A DNA stretch of 58,982 nt, the filler included, from Jimgerdemannia flammicorona (Eukaryota): assembly GCA_003990765.1 (NCBI GenBank). It is 3 parts of 3 records of this genome, joined end to end, with 100 filler letters (N's around TTAATTAATTAA, not from the genome) between each part and the next. Parts side by side here need not be neighbours in the genome. Positions count along the whole stretch, not along the records: positions 19,707 to 39,294 come from RBNJ01001901.1; 2 more parts are not named here. The stretch is one strand, 5' to 3'. A program made the translations under genes and the position numbers. Shown piece by piece: positions 22,860 to 35,303 of the stretch. A model generated the notes under the pieces. The model saw nothing but the letters and a program-made list of their open reading frames with translations, made no database searches and had not been told where the DNA came from. Positions within the stretch are counted from its first letter, which is position 1. Every line of letters starts with the position of its first letter.

Positions 22860-25800
22860 TTTTCAATTGACGAGGCCTTCAACAACGACTTCAGCAAGTC
22901 AGCCAAAGAACCTGACAATATTCTCGCTGACACATGGCGAGTCATATCTACCTGACCTGTTGCAATCGTTCTCAACGCTCTCGAACGACACAATGATAAT
23001 ACTGACGTTTACAACCACACAGCTATCATCCTTTCCATTCCAAGATGCCCTCTGGAGAAAATTCCACGAGGCTGAGCGACGACAACTCGCAAAGCCGCTG
23101 GATGGTTCCCTACCCTTATCTGCATACAGGATCATGATACCAAACACCAAAAATACCGCCTCAGCCCCAAAACCCCCAGCCAAGGCTGATACCCCTCTGG
23201 CATTGACCGCGGGCCAGGGAAATGTTTTTGGGGCGATGGCAGATTCCCCTAGTTCTGACACACCCAACAAGGATCACAAACCCCAAGAGGAAGGAAAACC
23301 AAGGTCCACGAAATGTTTCACATGTACAAACAATATGTCTAAAACATAAAATAAAGCATGACATTGTCTTCACAACCAACTCCTCACGGTCCGTCACAAG
23401 CTTGCAAAGCCTGGGACAGACTTCGGACTTGTATGGTTTGAACTAATCGGTGTTGTTAGGTCGGTCGGCAGTTTGTGGTGGCTGTGAATACGATAATGCC
23501 GTGCTGTAGATAATGGATAATTGTATTTGTACTTGGTAGCATAGCAATTTGTTGGGAATGATATCACGACATGAAAAGCGCCTGAATTTGGCACCAGGGT
23601 GCGGTTTGCATGGAGTTAGTAAACATATTCGTGAAGATAAGGAGTGCGGCAATTATATCACTATCACTATTGTAAATGAGATGGTTGAAGTTCAGTTTAC
23701 ATAAAGGTCGTTTGACTCGCACGTCAAACGAATGGCTGTATGAATCGGCCGTAATATTGATTGATTTAAATTGCTTTGAACTTCGGATGCCAATACTCCT
23801 TATTTTCCACAAATTTGTCAGAGCATACACGTGTGACGTTGAGTAGTAAAGTTGTTTCAGCCGCAATCAGACTAGCGCGGCAAAAGGAATAGCCTCTACG
23901 CAGGGTTCATTTCTCGTGGAACATCTGGTCTGTTTTCCTCAGCAGGTCATTAATTTTTGCCGTTATTTGATCGACCTGTTCTTCCCCCAAATACAATCCC
24001 TTACGTCCTTTTCAGTGTTAAGGGTACTGTACATAGGATACGTGTGACTCCCACCAGCAAAAGATTGCATATGACCTTTTCGCTTCTTACCCGAATATTT
24101 CAGGCTAGTTAGTAATCGATCTCATTGAATGTGATGAGCCGTGCTACTCCGGCGATCGGTACGAAACCACCTGGTGTAAATTTAATGTAAGATCGACGAA
24201 ACCAAATACAGGTCACAGGTACTGCACGTTTCCACCATTCGAGAAATACTGTTATGACAGGAGTGACGAACGGAAGCCACAAAGAGCCACATGCCGTAAA
24301 TTAATATTTCCCGAATAAGCTCGCTTTGGTTTTCTGAGGGAAGCGTGTTGAGGGGTCTTCGGTCGAGCTCTCGAATGTTTTTTCCGCCAAGTTTCGTCTC
24401 TGCTGAGGTCGTTTTATTTACCATGCATTTCACTTGAGTTTGCTTCTCCAGTTATCGGATTCGATGTACATTCATCACTCTTCCGAAGCAAAACCTTTTC
24501 ACCATGAAGACGATAGACTTTGACAGAAAAGGAACCAAATGGACTCGAGGAAGGTCTGGGTCACCTGGCTCCGACGGGTGGAACGGTAAACCCGAATGAA
24601 ATTGTGACCGCTCTTTTTGCTAATTAAATATGTGGGATACTGGAATGCGATAGTATAGTATCTCCTTAATAGGTTTATGACATATATTGCATTAATGTCA
24701 ATCCGGTAATTCAGGTCATAAATGTACAAGCCCTAAGTCTAAAGTTATTCCAGAGAGTTGCCAGCGTTACACTTTCAAAGTATATAAACCAGCTCTTGCC
24801 TTCACTCTTCCCATCGTTCCTGATCCTGATGGCTCGGCTTATCTTTCTCTGGGCAATCGCGCTCGCCTTGGTTTCCATTGTCAATGCAATTACCCTAACC
24901 AGACTTTTCGAAATCCAATCTAATTCCAAGTAAGTCATCCACTTATTACCTCACCGGGATACGTCAACATACCACACTAGACATTAAAAAATGCGATTTT
25001 AATCAACTTCTTAGGAATAAGCTCTTCGCTCCGAACAAAATAGCCGTATCGTCAGCGCTTGGTCCGTTTAAATTTCCGCAAAAGGTTGATCATTTCGACA
25101 GTAACAACAATGCTACTTTCCCTCAACGCTACTGGGTCAACTCAACCAACTATCGCCCAGGCGGTCCGATCATCTTCTTTAGCGTTGGCGAGGCGGATGC
25201 GTCTCGTTATTCGGGCTATCTTATTAGAGGTGAAACGTCGTTGCTGGCGCAAAAACTCGGAGGTGTGGTCATCGTATATGAACATCGGTATTACGGCGAA
25301 AGCAATCCAGTCTCGGTACGTCGAGGTTTACACTTTTGATATTTTCAACCTCTTGCGGTATGGTGATTATTAAATGTGATGTTTCAAACCAACTTTAGGA
25401 TTTGTCGAGCAAAAATATGGTCTACCTCACCGTCGACCAATCATTGGCTGATATGGTCAACTTCATGCAAACCGTCGAGGTATGAATATAATTACTCGTA
25501 GCTGGCGACACAAACTCCTCTTCCTTTAGTAACTCAACCGGCTGTACTTCCAGATCAAAATCAACGGTAGAGCTCTTCCTCCGGCCCCCAAAACACCCTG
25601 GATCCCCATCGGTGCTTCGTACCCGGGTGCCCTTACTGCGTGGATAAAATACAAACACCCGGAGCTTGTTTTTGCCTCTATCTCCTCGTCCGGTCCCATC
25701 CAGGCCAAATACGACCTCTGGGAATATTTTGAGCCTATCCGGATGGGTGCGTCTGCACACTGCCGCGATTCCATTATCAACACTGTTAAATATGTAGATA

Positions 25801-26763
25801 AGATCTTGTTTGGCCACAACAAAAAGAGGATTCAACAGTTGAAAGCACAGTTTGGACTGGCTAATGTCACCCACAATGACGATTTTGCCGTAGGTAAGGA
25901 ACATGAAAGTCCACAGCCTGTTTACTATTGATAGAATGGTCAATAATCCTTAACCGTTCACAAAAACTACATAATGTCCCACAGCCCTCGTCATTCCCCT
26001 CTGGTTCTGGCAAAGCATCTATCCCGGCAACTCCAACCCCTTTGAAGAATTTTGCCAAGTCTTCAACAATGCCACAACACAGAGTGCTCAAGTTGCAGCC
26101 TACGCATCTTGGTACGCCGCGTACGCCGCCGCCACCTGCAAGGATAATACCATACAAGATGATTGCTTCGGCTCCTACGACCCAAAAGCTTCATTCTACA
26201 CAAAAACTGCTCTCAACAACGCTGGCAGATCGTGGACTTGGCAGACTTGCCTCGAGTTCGGATACTGGCATTCCGCTGCGCCCAAGGGCCATCCGACGCT
26301 TGTCTCCAGACTTGTCACAGCGGAATATTGGCAAAGACAATGCCCATTGTATTTCCCAGATTCCATTCTGCCGAAGAAACCGCGCACGAACTACTTCAAC
26401 AAGAATTTTGGGGGATGGAAACTCGAGGCGGACCATATCTTCTGGATTAATGGCGAGTTCGATCCTTGGAGGTCATTGAGCGTTGCCGCCCCCAATGCAC
26501 CTAAGAGACTGAGCACGGAAAAAAGCCCTAATGTTGTGATCAAGGTAATGTGTGTGAGAATGTAGATAGTGCTTTTTGAAGCTATCCAACAATCGGTCAC
26601 TGACATGCAAATACATGAACTTAAATTCATATAGGGCGCCGTGCATGGTTGGGACAACTTATGGTCACCTACAACAGTCATCCCCGAACCCATTGTCGAG
26701 GTGCATAATCAGCTTATCGCAAGTTTGAGCGGATGGCTCAAAAATTTTAATGCTACGAAATAG
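22860..26763. repeat. Segmental duplication copy A
   Basis: Collinear with 30940-33969 from 'tgacga(g/t)gccttcaacaacgacttcagcaagtcagccaaag' through the S28 gene; ~0.8 kb (23710-24495) is absent in copy B. Confidence 0.9.
24829..26763 (+). CDS. Secreted serine carboxypeptidase, family S28 (prolylcarboxypeptidase/DPP7-like), paralog A, ~503 aa
   Basis: Exons 24829-24929, 25015-25315, 25399-25479, 25554-25893, 25985-26544, 26635-26763 (GT-AG, phases consistent). Signal peptide, QKVDHF, FPQRYW, EHRYYGES, GASYPG, WQTCLEFGY, NGEFDPW, GAVHGWD. TATATAAA at ~24781. Confidence 0.93.
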
Positions 26764-27789
26764 TGTTGGTGTTGATATGATGACGCCAAATTTCTGATAA
26801 TAAACTATTAGAATTAGATATTTACTTTAATATGTTTCATTGGGAATGGGTTTAGACTGAGAAAAGCGCACCCACCAAATCGTGATTACAAGGACATCAT
26901 AAAAGCTCGCGCGCGGACGAGAGAGCTGTGAATAGTAATTAAATCAATCATCGAGTCCGAATTCCTCTCTAGTCAGAATCGCTCATAACAAAGGCTATAT
27001 TTCCGTTCGTTTTGCCTTTTCCGCATAGTACGCAAAGTCTCCAAACACGAGGCCCTGAATGTGCTCATCGCCGTCGCAAGGTGCATAGTTTCACAAAGCA
27101 CTAAAAATCATGTAAATATTCTTAATCTAGGCTGAAACGTGCTGCTCAAAAACCAATTCCCACTCCAACAAGCCTTCGCCGTTCGGGCGGTGCCGGTTCC
27201 GAAAATAAAAGGGCACCGTTGGCTCGTCTTTCAAAGACAATTGAAAATAAACAGCCACATCAACAATGCGTGGCTCCAGGTGCCACACGAACTGCTGTCG
27301 CTTCCTCCCGGAGCAAGAACATCCCATGAACCAGATCCACGTGGGGGGTTTCGATTGGCTATATGCTTATCGACTGTTATACGAATATTGTCCAAAATTA
27401 TTAATACTAAACACTTTCTTACTTGATATAATTATATTGAGGTTTTAAATATTTTTAAAATCTGCATTTACATGCGGTTCGTCGTCAGCGATAAATTATT
27501 GTATTTTGTTGCTACACGAAAAAAAAAGAACCCCCCCCCGTTCAGCTTTTGGCCGTGGTAGGGGTACGAGGCCAGCTTACATCCTGCCTAGCTCGGCAGA
27601 GCGGTCAACATCAACCCTGGTGGGTCGTAATTGCGAAAGGTTTGAGGCGAACCAACAGGCGATACCGACGCCGGGTGGTGAGCCACATGGGGAAGTCCGT
27701 CGTTGTCGGGCAAGGCAGATATGCTTGAAAGAGTTGTCAGCGTCGAAAACATGTATATACGGAATTCTTTTCTTCTTTTTTGGTACAGC

Positions 27790-28175
27790 AGTCTCCTTCC
27801 CTGCACCCCACTTAATGAACCTCCCACGTGCGATCGAGAGCATCGCGATGATGCCGGCGGACGCAGAGAACGTTACGACATGGGGAACGGGGCAGATGTC
27901 GGAGGCGGATCTGGTATGTCTTCAGATGTTTAGATTTAGATTTGGTTGGGACCTGTATTGACGGGTCAGATCTTTGTTCTCGAAAGAGCTTACAGGCCAC
28001 AATCTCTCATATCATAGGACCGCTTCCTCGCCTCATATCGGCTGCTCTCGCTGCCTTTGGCAACTATGCCGATGGAGTCGACCGACTCGGACGAACCGTG
28101 CGCGAGATGAAGCAAGAGTTGTCAGTGGGGGTTGTGATGTATGCGGGGAGGGTGGATGTCCGCTGGGTAGGCTAA
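27790..28175 (+). pseudogene. Possible spliced gene fragment of unknown product
   Basis: Two helical-looking frames joined by a GTATGT..CAG intron (~27914-27995); no start or family identified. Confidence 0.2.
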
Positions 28176-28218
28176 TTGAAACTCAGGATCCAAGGCGAGC
28201 AGGTCGTATAAATTGTTC

Positions 28219-28249
<31 letters not shown>

Positions 28250-28957
28250 GCGATTCCGACATTTTCCAGGGCTAAGAATTTTGATCGCTATGCGATAAGG
28301 GTACGGATTGCTACAATACATAGTGCATCTTTCGGCAACGCATAAACTGTTTAACAATATTATGATACTCGCTTAAAGGAGCTAACTTGAAAAAATAAGT
28401 TTCGTCAATCGGAAGGTTTGTAGCTAGTGATGGGTAATACCCGCAGAGGCAATGCACGAGGCCGGATACATGATCACAGAGTCCCTTTGCTCCACCTCGC
28501 TCTGTCTTCCTCCTTTCCTGCCACCAGCAATGCCTCTCGCGATACGTCGGGTGCAAACACTGTCAAACAAAGAAACGGCCTCCTGTTAGGTTGTAACAGA
28601 TAAAATTGTTGTTGATCCTGTTTGAGTTCTCACTTCGATGGGAACCGACAACGGAAAAATTCGGGCGTCCGGTTTGTGGGTCTGATCTCGATGATAATAG
28701 CTATGTTAATGCCTATGTCATTCACGCGCAGTTATTGCCCTCAGTCCTCAAATTGGTTCTTCGAGTCGCTCTTATTAGCCACGCGCATTTTCGTCCAGGT
28801 CGTGAGATAACACCTGAGCCAATGCGATCACCTAGAGACCATTTGTAAAGTAAAAACAACATACTCTCACCATTGAGACACCAGCTCCTCCATTTCTGGG
28901 ACGCTTATTATCAAGATACGTATATACTGGAAAGCGCACGATCTCGATCCAGAATGG

Positions 28958-29002
<45 letters not shown>

Positions 29003-30014
29003 GCGTCCTATTGGGCCAGGAGATAACGCTAATGGAAGCCGAATAACATACAGAATGTTTAGCCAAAGGATATTCAGCACAAGTATTATCTGTATCGATG
29101 CATGGGCCTCCCAACTTATTTCTACTCTTTGGGAGGATCAAGACATTTCATGCAACATTTGTAAAAGCAATATACTGATCTATCAATTCGCACAACCTTT
29201 GTCCCAGTATTTAATCCTCTCTACGTAACGCACCTCTCCATATATTGTCTTCAACCCAAGTTGAACTCATTAATTTAATCGAAAAGGTCGTTCGGAAAAC
29301 GTTGTAAGTTGTTAAAGTAGATGTAAAAGCTTGATATTTAGTTTGGGATATTTTATTTATTATTTCTGTTCACGGCCCTGGAATCCGGGCTTGTGGATGG
29401 ACGTATCAGCGCACGTCACCGGGCATGACTCCATCTCCTGTAAAATCTGGTGACAATACCTGCAGTTCAAGACCGGAGGAGGGGACGGCGCTGCTCGGCG
29501 GATTATGGAAGGCGAGGCTAAGAAAAGGGAGTACCGGAAAGCGGTTGTCGCGTTTCCTGGCAGCAGGCGGGAAAAAAAAAAAAAAAAAAAGGCAATAGAG
29601 TTGGAAGGAGCTCTACAAACAATTGTATAAGGTTATCGTGCGTAACGCGACTTTATGATGGGCGACGCATGAGAAGGACTTCAAAAGCGCGTATATTTGG
29701 TATTCGACAAAGATGCAGAAAGCGGCACCGAATACATGGTTTAGGCGTCGTCGAGACTCTTTCATTTCCGCGATACCGCCAGACTAGACTGCCTTTTATT
29801 TCAAGCGTAAGAATCCATAATTTCCTTAATAAAAATACTACCCTACGTCTGCGTCAATTTTGAGGCACGTGCTCTACATGACGTAGCATATCACATAAGC
29901 CACAATGTTGAAAATAGGGCGCATAGTTCTGAGATTTTATCCACTGTGATGCGTGGAATATCCACCAAATCAGAGATGTCGTGATCAGCCAGCAGAAGTC
30001 GTTCGCCCACCGAT

Positions 30015-30400
30015 TTTAAAGTGATGATGATCTCTTCCATCTGAATCGCTCCTGGCAGCGTTGAGGTACAAATCTTGACATTTAGGGTTGGGACATAGCG
30101 GTAGAGGTTTCAAGCGATTGGGTTAGCTGCCCTTTCATTGCTGCTCGGATATTCGGCCAACGCAATTTCCATGGCGGGGATCCTGTGCAGAATTGGAATA
30201 GACAATGAACATCCGTTTTCCGCGAATCCAAATATGAATAATTTGAGATATACTTACATTGTCTATCAAGACATTGTAACTATGCATGTCGCAATGAATG
30301 ATGCGGTATTGGTGAAGAAATTGTATTCCTTGCGCAATATCCAATGCACACTCCCACTGCAATATTTTAAATTTGCCTAGCCACGAACTGCGAACCACTG
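30015..30400 (-). pseudogene. Tyrosine-kinase-like protein kinase fragment
   Basis: ALDIAQGIQFLHQYRIIHCDMHSYNVLIDN followed by a GTAAGT donor; C-lobe remnant MEEIIITLK; no DFG or N-lobe found. Confidence 0.75.
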
Positions 30401-30939
30401 ATGACTTTGCGCTGGTAAAAATTCAGTCTCTTGCGCTTCACCCAAAAAGTTCACCACAATTAATCGCCTTGACGATGCTGTGTGTAAGCCTGATTCGGAG
30501 CGCAATCGAAATGGCAGAGTTGTAACTTCAAGGAATGAATGGACAACTAATATCTTGGGCGCTGTCTCGCCAGTCTTCGCAAGGGTTCTTTCTGTTCTCC
30601 TAAATAGTACCCCGTTTGCGCCGTGGTAGTATCGCAGTAGAGTCTAGAATACGTATGTACTGTGATGTCAGATCAGTTTGGAACAGATAGCAACCGCCTC
30701 GTTGGTCGAAGCTTTACAAGATACTTCTGACGCCAATGACAAGCCCTCTCCCAGCTCAGAATTTGCATCTTGATATTGAGGCCTTTCGTACCAATTTGGC
30801 AAGGCGATGATATTATAATATATGACCTCTCCGAAGCCCTCGCTACAGAAATGACGGTCACCAGATTGCAAAACACGGAATGGGAGGGAAATGGGAGGGC
30901 CGTTTTATTTTCCGAATCCATGGGCGGGGTCTTCCGCAT

Positions 30940-33900
30940 TTTCAATATTGACGATGCCTTCAACAACGACTTCAGCAAGTCAGCCAAAGGAACAGACAAG
31001 ATTCTCGCTGACACATGACGAGTCATCTACCTGACCTGTTACAATCGTTCTCAATGCTCTCGAACCACACAATGATAATACTGACATAATGCCGTTTACA
31101 ACCACAGAGCTATCATCCTTCCATGGTGGAAAAATTCGACGAGGCTTAGCGAATCCGCATCCAAACTCAATTTTACGATGATACTAAACACCCTCAGCCC
31201 CAAAACCCCAAGCCATGATCGGCACCTCCTTGGCATTGGGGAAATGATTTTGGGGCGGCGACGGTTGCCCCCAGTTCCGACACACACCCAACAATTCGAA
31301 CCGGAGTGTCCAAGCGCTGAGTCGGATGTACACGAAATGTTTCAAACATATTAATTTTACATGTACAAACAATATGTCTAAAACATAAAATAAACCATGT
31401 CATTGCCTTTACGACGGCAGAAACTAACTCCTCACGGTCCGTAAAGCCTGGGATATACTGCGGTCGCTGCTGCGCCCATTTGGGCTTGTACGGTTTGAAC
31501 CAATCGGTGTTGTTAGGTCGATGTGGTGGCTGTGAACACTGATATCATAGCCAGAAAAGCGTCATATGCTGACATGAACACCAGGGCGCGGTTTGCATGG
31601 AGGGGGTAAACATATACGTCTCTTTGAAAGCGCTTGAAATAAGATAAGGAGTGCGACAATTATATTACCATTACTATTGTAAATGAGCCGATTGAAATTC
31701 AGTTTACATAAAAGTATTTCACCATGAAGGCGAGAGACTTTTGACAGAACAGAAAACAAATGACTTATTCCGGGAACGAGAAGAAGGTTTGGGTCACCTG
31801 TTGAAATCTATTGCTCCGCCACTTAGAATTGTAGACCCGACGGTTTTGTTTACGTATTGTACAGTATATATCTACTCAATAGGTTTATGACATACATTGC
31901 AACCGGTAATTCAGGTAACAGATACACAAGCCCAATGTCTAAAGTTAGTTCCAGAGAGTTGCCAGCGTTACACTTTCAAAGTATATAAGAGAACCCTTGC
32001 CTCCACTCTTCCCATTGTTCCTCATCGTTCCTGAAAAACATGGCTCGGCTTATTTTCTTCTGGGCAATCGCGCTCGCCTTGATTTCCATTGTCAATGCAA
32101 CTACCCTAACCAGACTTTTTAAAAACCAATTTAATTCCAAGTAAGTCATCCACTTATTACCTCATCGGGATAAGTCGACATACCACATCAGACATTAAAA
32201 AATGAGATTTTATATCAACTTCTCAGGCGTAATCTCTTCGCTCTGAACAAACGAGCCCTATCACCACAGCTTGGTCCATTTACATTCCCGCAAAAGGTTG
32301 ATCATTTCGACTGGAACAACCATGCTACTTTCCCTCAGCGCTACTGGGTCAACTCAACCAACTATCGCCCAGGCGGTCCGATCATCTTCTTTAACGTTGG
32401 TGAGTCGGATGCGTCTGGTTTTACGGACTATCTCATTGAAGGTGAAACGTCGTTGCTGGCGCAAAGACTCGGGGGTGTGGTCATCGTATTTGAACATCGG
32501 TATTACGGCGAAAGCAACCCAGTCTCGGTATATACGTCGAAGTTCGCACTTTATGATATTTTTCAGCTTCCTTTTTTGGTTTGGCGATTATTAAATATAA
32601 TGCTTCAAACCAACTTTAGGATTTGTCAAGCAAAAATATGGTCTACCTCACCGTCGACCAATCCTTAGCTGATATGGTCAACTTCATGCAAACCGTCGAG
32701 GTATGGAATTGCCACCGAATAAAATTACCTGTAGCTGGCGACACCCTTTAGTAACTCAAACGGATGTACTTCCAGATCAAAATCAACGGTACAGCTCTTC
32801 CTCCGGCCCCTAAAACACCCTGGATCCCCATCGGTGGCTCGTATCCGGGTGCCCTTGTTGCGTGGTTAAAATACAAACATCCGGAGCTTGTTTTTGCCTC
32901 CGTCTCCTCGTCCGGTCCCGTCCAGGCGAAATACAACTTCTGGGAATATTTCGAGCCTATCCTGATGGGTGCGGATGAACACTGCCGCGATTCCATTATC
33001 AACACCATTAAATATGTGGATGAGATCTTGTTTGGTCATAACAAAAAGAATATTCAACAGTTGAAAATACAGTTTGGACTGCCTAACGTCACCCACAATG
33101 ACGATTTTGCCGCAGGTTAGGAACATGAAAGTCCACAGCCTGTTTACTACTGATAAAATGGACAATAATCTTTAACATATATACATAATGTCCCACAGCA
33201 CTTGGTATTCCTGTCTCGTTCTGGCAAAAAACCGAACCCGGCGATCCCGGCCCCTTCGAAGAATTTTGCCAAGCCTTCAACAACGCCACAACACCGAGTG
33301 CTCAAGTTGCAGCCTACGCATCTTGGACCACCGCATACGCCGCCAACGCCTGCCAGAACCAAACACAAGATGACTACTTCGGTACCCACGACCCGAAAGC
33401 TTCAAAATGCACAAACACTACTCTCAACAATGCTGACAGATCGTGGCTTTGGCAGACTTGCCTCGAGTTCGGATACTGGCAAACCGCTGCGCCCAAGGGC
33501 CATCTGACGCTCATCTCCAGGCTAGTCACACCGGATTATTTTCAAAGACAGTGCCAATTGTTTTTCCCAGTTTCCATTCTGTCTAGTAAACCGCGCACGA
33601 ACTACATCAACGAAAAGTTTGGGGGATGGAAACTCGAGGCGGACCATATCTTCTGGATTAATGGCGAATTCGATCCTTGGAGGTCATTGAGCGTTGCCGC
33701 TCCCAATGCACCTACAAGACTGAGCACGGAAAAAAGCCCTAATGTTTTGATCAAGGTAATGTATATGAATGTGGATAAGTGCAATTTGAAATTATCCAAT
33801 AATCGGTCACTGACATGCAATAAATGGACTTCAATTCATATAGGACGCCGTCCATGTTTGGGACGCCTTTTGGTCACCTACAACAACCATCCCCGAACCC

Positions 33901-33969
33901 ATCGTCGAGGTGCACAATCAACTTGTCGCAAGTTTGAGCGGATGGCTCAAAAATTTCAATACTATATAG
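30940..33969. repeat. Segmental duplication copy B
   Basis: Collinear with 22860-26763. Confidence 0.9.
32040..33969 (+). CDS. Secreted serine carboxypeptidase, family S28, paralog B, ~501 aa
   Basis: Exons 32040-32140, 32227-32527, 32620-32700, 32776-33115, 33199-33755, 33844-33969; GGSYPG, NGEFDPW, DAVHVWD; same intron positions as paralog A. Confidence 0.93.
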
Positions 33970-33971
33970 GA

Positions 33972-34092
33972 TTTTTTTTTTTTTTTTTTTGGAAATTACA
34001 ATTTCCCATTCTAGCCTTGTGCACTATCTCAGTTTCCAAGCCCCGCCTTCACCTCCGGAAACAACTTACCCAATTCCATTTTTACACCCTCA
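33972..34092 (-). mobile_element. Short poly(A)-tailed retroposed insert in the S28-B 3' UTR
   Basis: T-run directly after the stop codon; absent from paralog A, whose gttgatatg flank resumes at ~34097. Confidence 0.4.
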
Positions 34093-34474
34093 AGTAGTTG
34101 ATATGTGTTATCCTCTCAGAGAGATTGTCTGTAGTGAAAAATAGACAAAGAATTAATACAAATGAATAATAGGCAATCTAAATTAAAATAGAAAAATAAG
34201 AATATCAGTATCATAAATAATTTAAAGAGAGAGATAGATAATATAAATTATCTGAAGGGTTTGTAAAGTTTGCTGATGGCGTATTTACACGGGATTTGCA
34301 TGATGACATAATCTGGGCGAAACTGAATTATACTACCCATCCTCCCTATTACCCCCACGCACTCATCCATCCATTCTTTCGCCCCGTGTACCACTCTAGG
34401 CACCTTGCGGTTCGTTGAGGCTAGAGACTTAGGTCTCGTCGGAACTTAATGTGTCTGCACATACCACCTCCCCA

Positions 34475-34498
34475 TATATACCTCTCATACCGTCAGTT
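34475..34498 (+). promoter_or_regulatory. TATA-like and initiator-like motifs upstream of the hammerhead
   Basis: TATATA 34475-34480 and TCAGTT 34493-34498. Confidence 0.35.
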
Positions 34499-34510
34499 GC
34501 TAACTAACCC

Positions 34511-34568
34511 CGGTTTGGGTAGCCTTCCGAAGCCCACTGATGAGGCCCCTTGGCAGGGGCCGAAACCG
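34511..34568 (+). ncRNA. Type III hammerhead ribozyme
   Basis: Stem III CGGU/ACCG; cleavage triplet GUU (34513-34515); stem I UGGGU/GCCCA; core CUGAUGA 34537-34543; stem II GGCCCCU/AGGGGCC with loop UGGC; GAAA 34562-34565. Confidence 0.88.
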
Positions 34569-34984
34569 AAGGAATTGATTCTCCCTAATTTCTAACTTGC
34601 ATTCGCACCTCCCCACCACCAATGGAGTATAGTAACATCAAAGTCAAGAAAACAGATGTGACTACGATTGGCCTCAATATACACTGACACCACCAAACAA
34701 ATCCTTGTCGACGATTTTTTTTTTTTTTTTTATTATTTTTTTTTTTTGCCAGGGGCGTTGCCGGCATGGATGACATGCTCATCCGTGCTGGCAAAGTAGA
34801 TCAGGGAGCCGAGCGTTTCTGGGCAGCATGGTGAAGAGAGAGACAAGGGTCGTGTCCAAATGGTAGAAGCCAAATTTCACCAGTTTAAATCCTGCTGCCT
34901 ACATCATTTGGGCAATTAAATAATTCTCGCAAATGTTGTACCATATAATCGTAAATAAATTATTTAACAAGGACCAACTTGTTC

Positions 34985-35303
34985 ACTGGGGTGGATGGAC
35001 AGCTGGTTTTCTTGGACCAGGAGAAGGCCTATGACAGAGTCTGGCATGTGTGTGGTTGGAAGGGGTGCTGGGGTCCCCCCTGGGGTCCAGCGGGCCTTGA
35101 TAGGTCTGCTGAAAGGGAGTTGGGCAGCAATCATGGTAAATGGGCACAGGGGGGTTTTGTTCCCTCTGGGCAGTGGAGTGCCACAGGGGATCCACTGTCA
35201 CCAATCCTGTATGTATTGTCCCTGGAGCCTTTTTTGGATAGGATATGGTGAAAGGTGGGAGGGTTGGATATTTTAGAAGTTAATTAGAAGGTGAGAGCCT
35301 TCA
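34985..35303 (+). mobile_element. L1/Tx1-clade LINE reverse transcriptase fragment (oldest layer)
   Basis: LVFLDQEKAYDRV, IMVNG, GVPQGDPLSPILYVLSLEPF across frameshifts. Confidence 0.88.

Noticed and set aside
25928..26479. Alternative-frame ORFs overlapping S28 exons (also 25059-25373, 33202-33507)
   Set aside because: Out-of-frame shadows of the spliced peptidase
27790..28175. Weak resemblance to the Nic96/Nup93 C-terminus
   Set aside because: Only a vague helical pattern; not supportable without a profile search
34300..34325. Second hammerhead-like core (atgatga..gaaac)
   Set aside because: First core base is not C and no stem II pairing is possible
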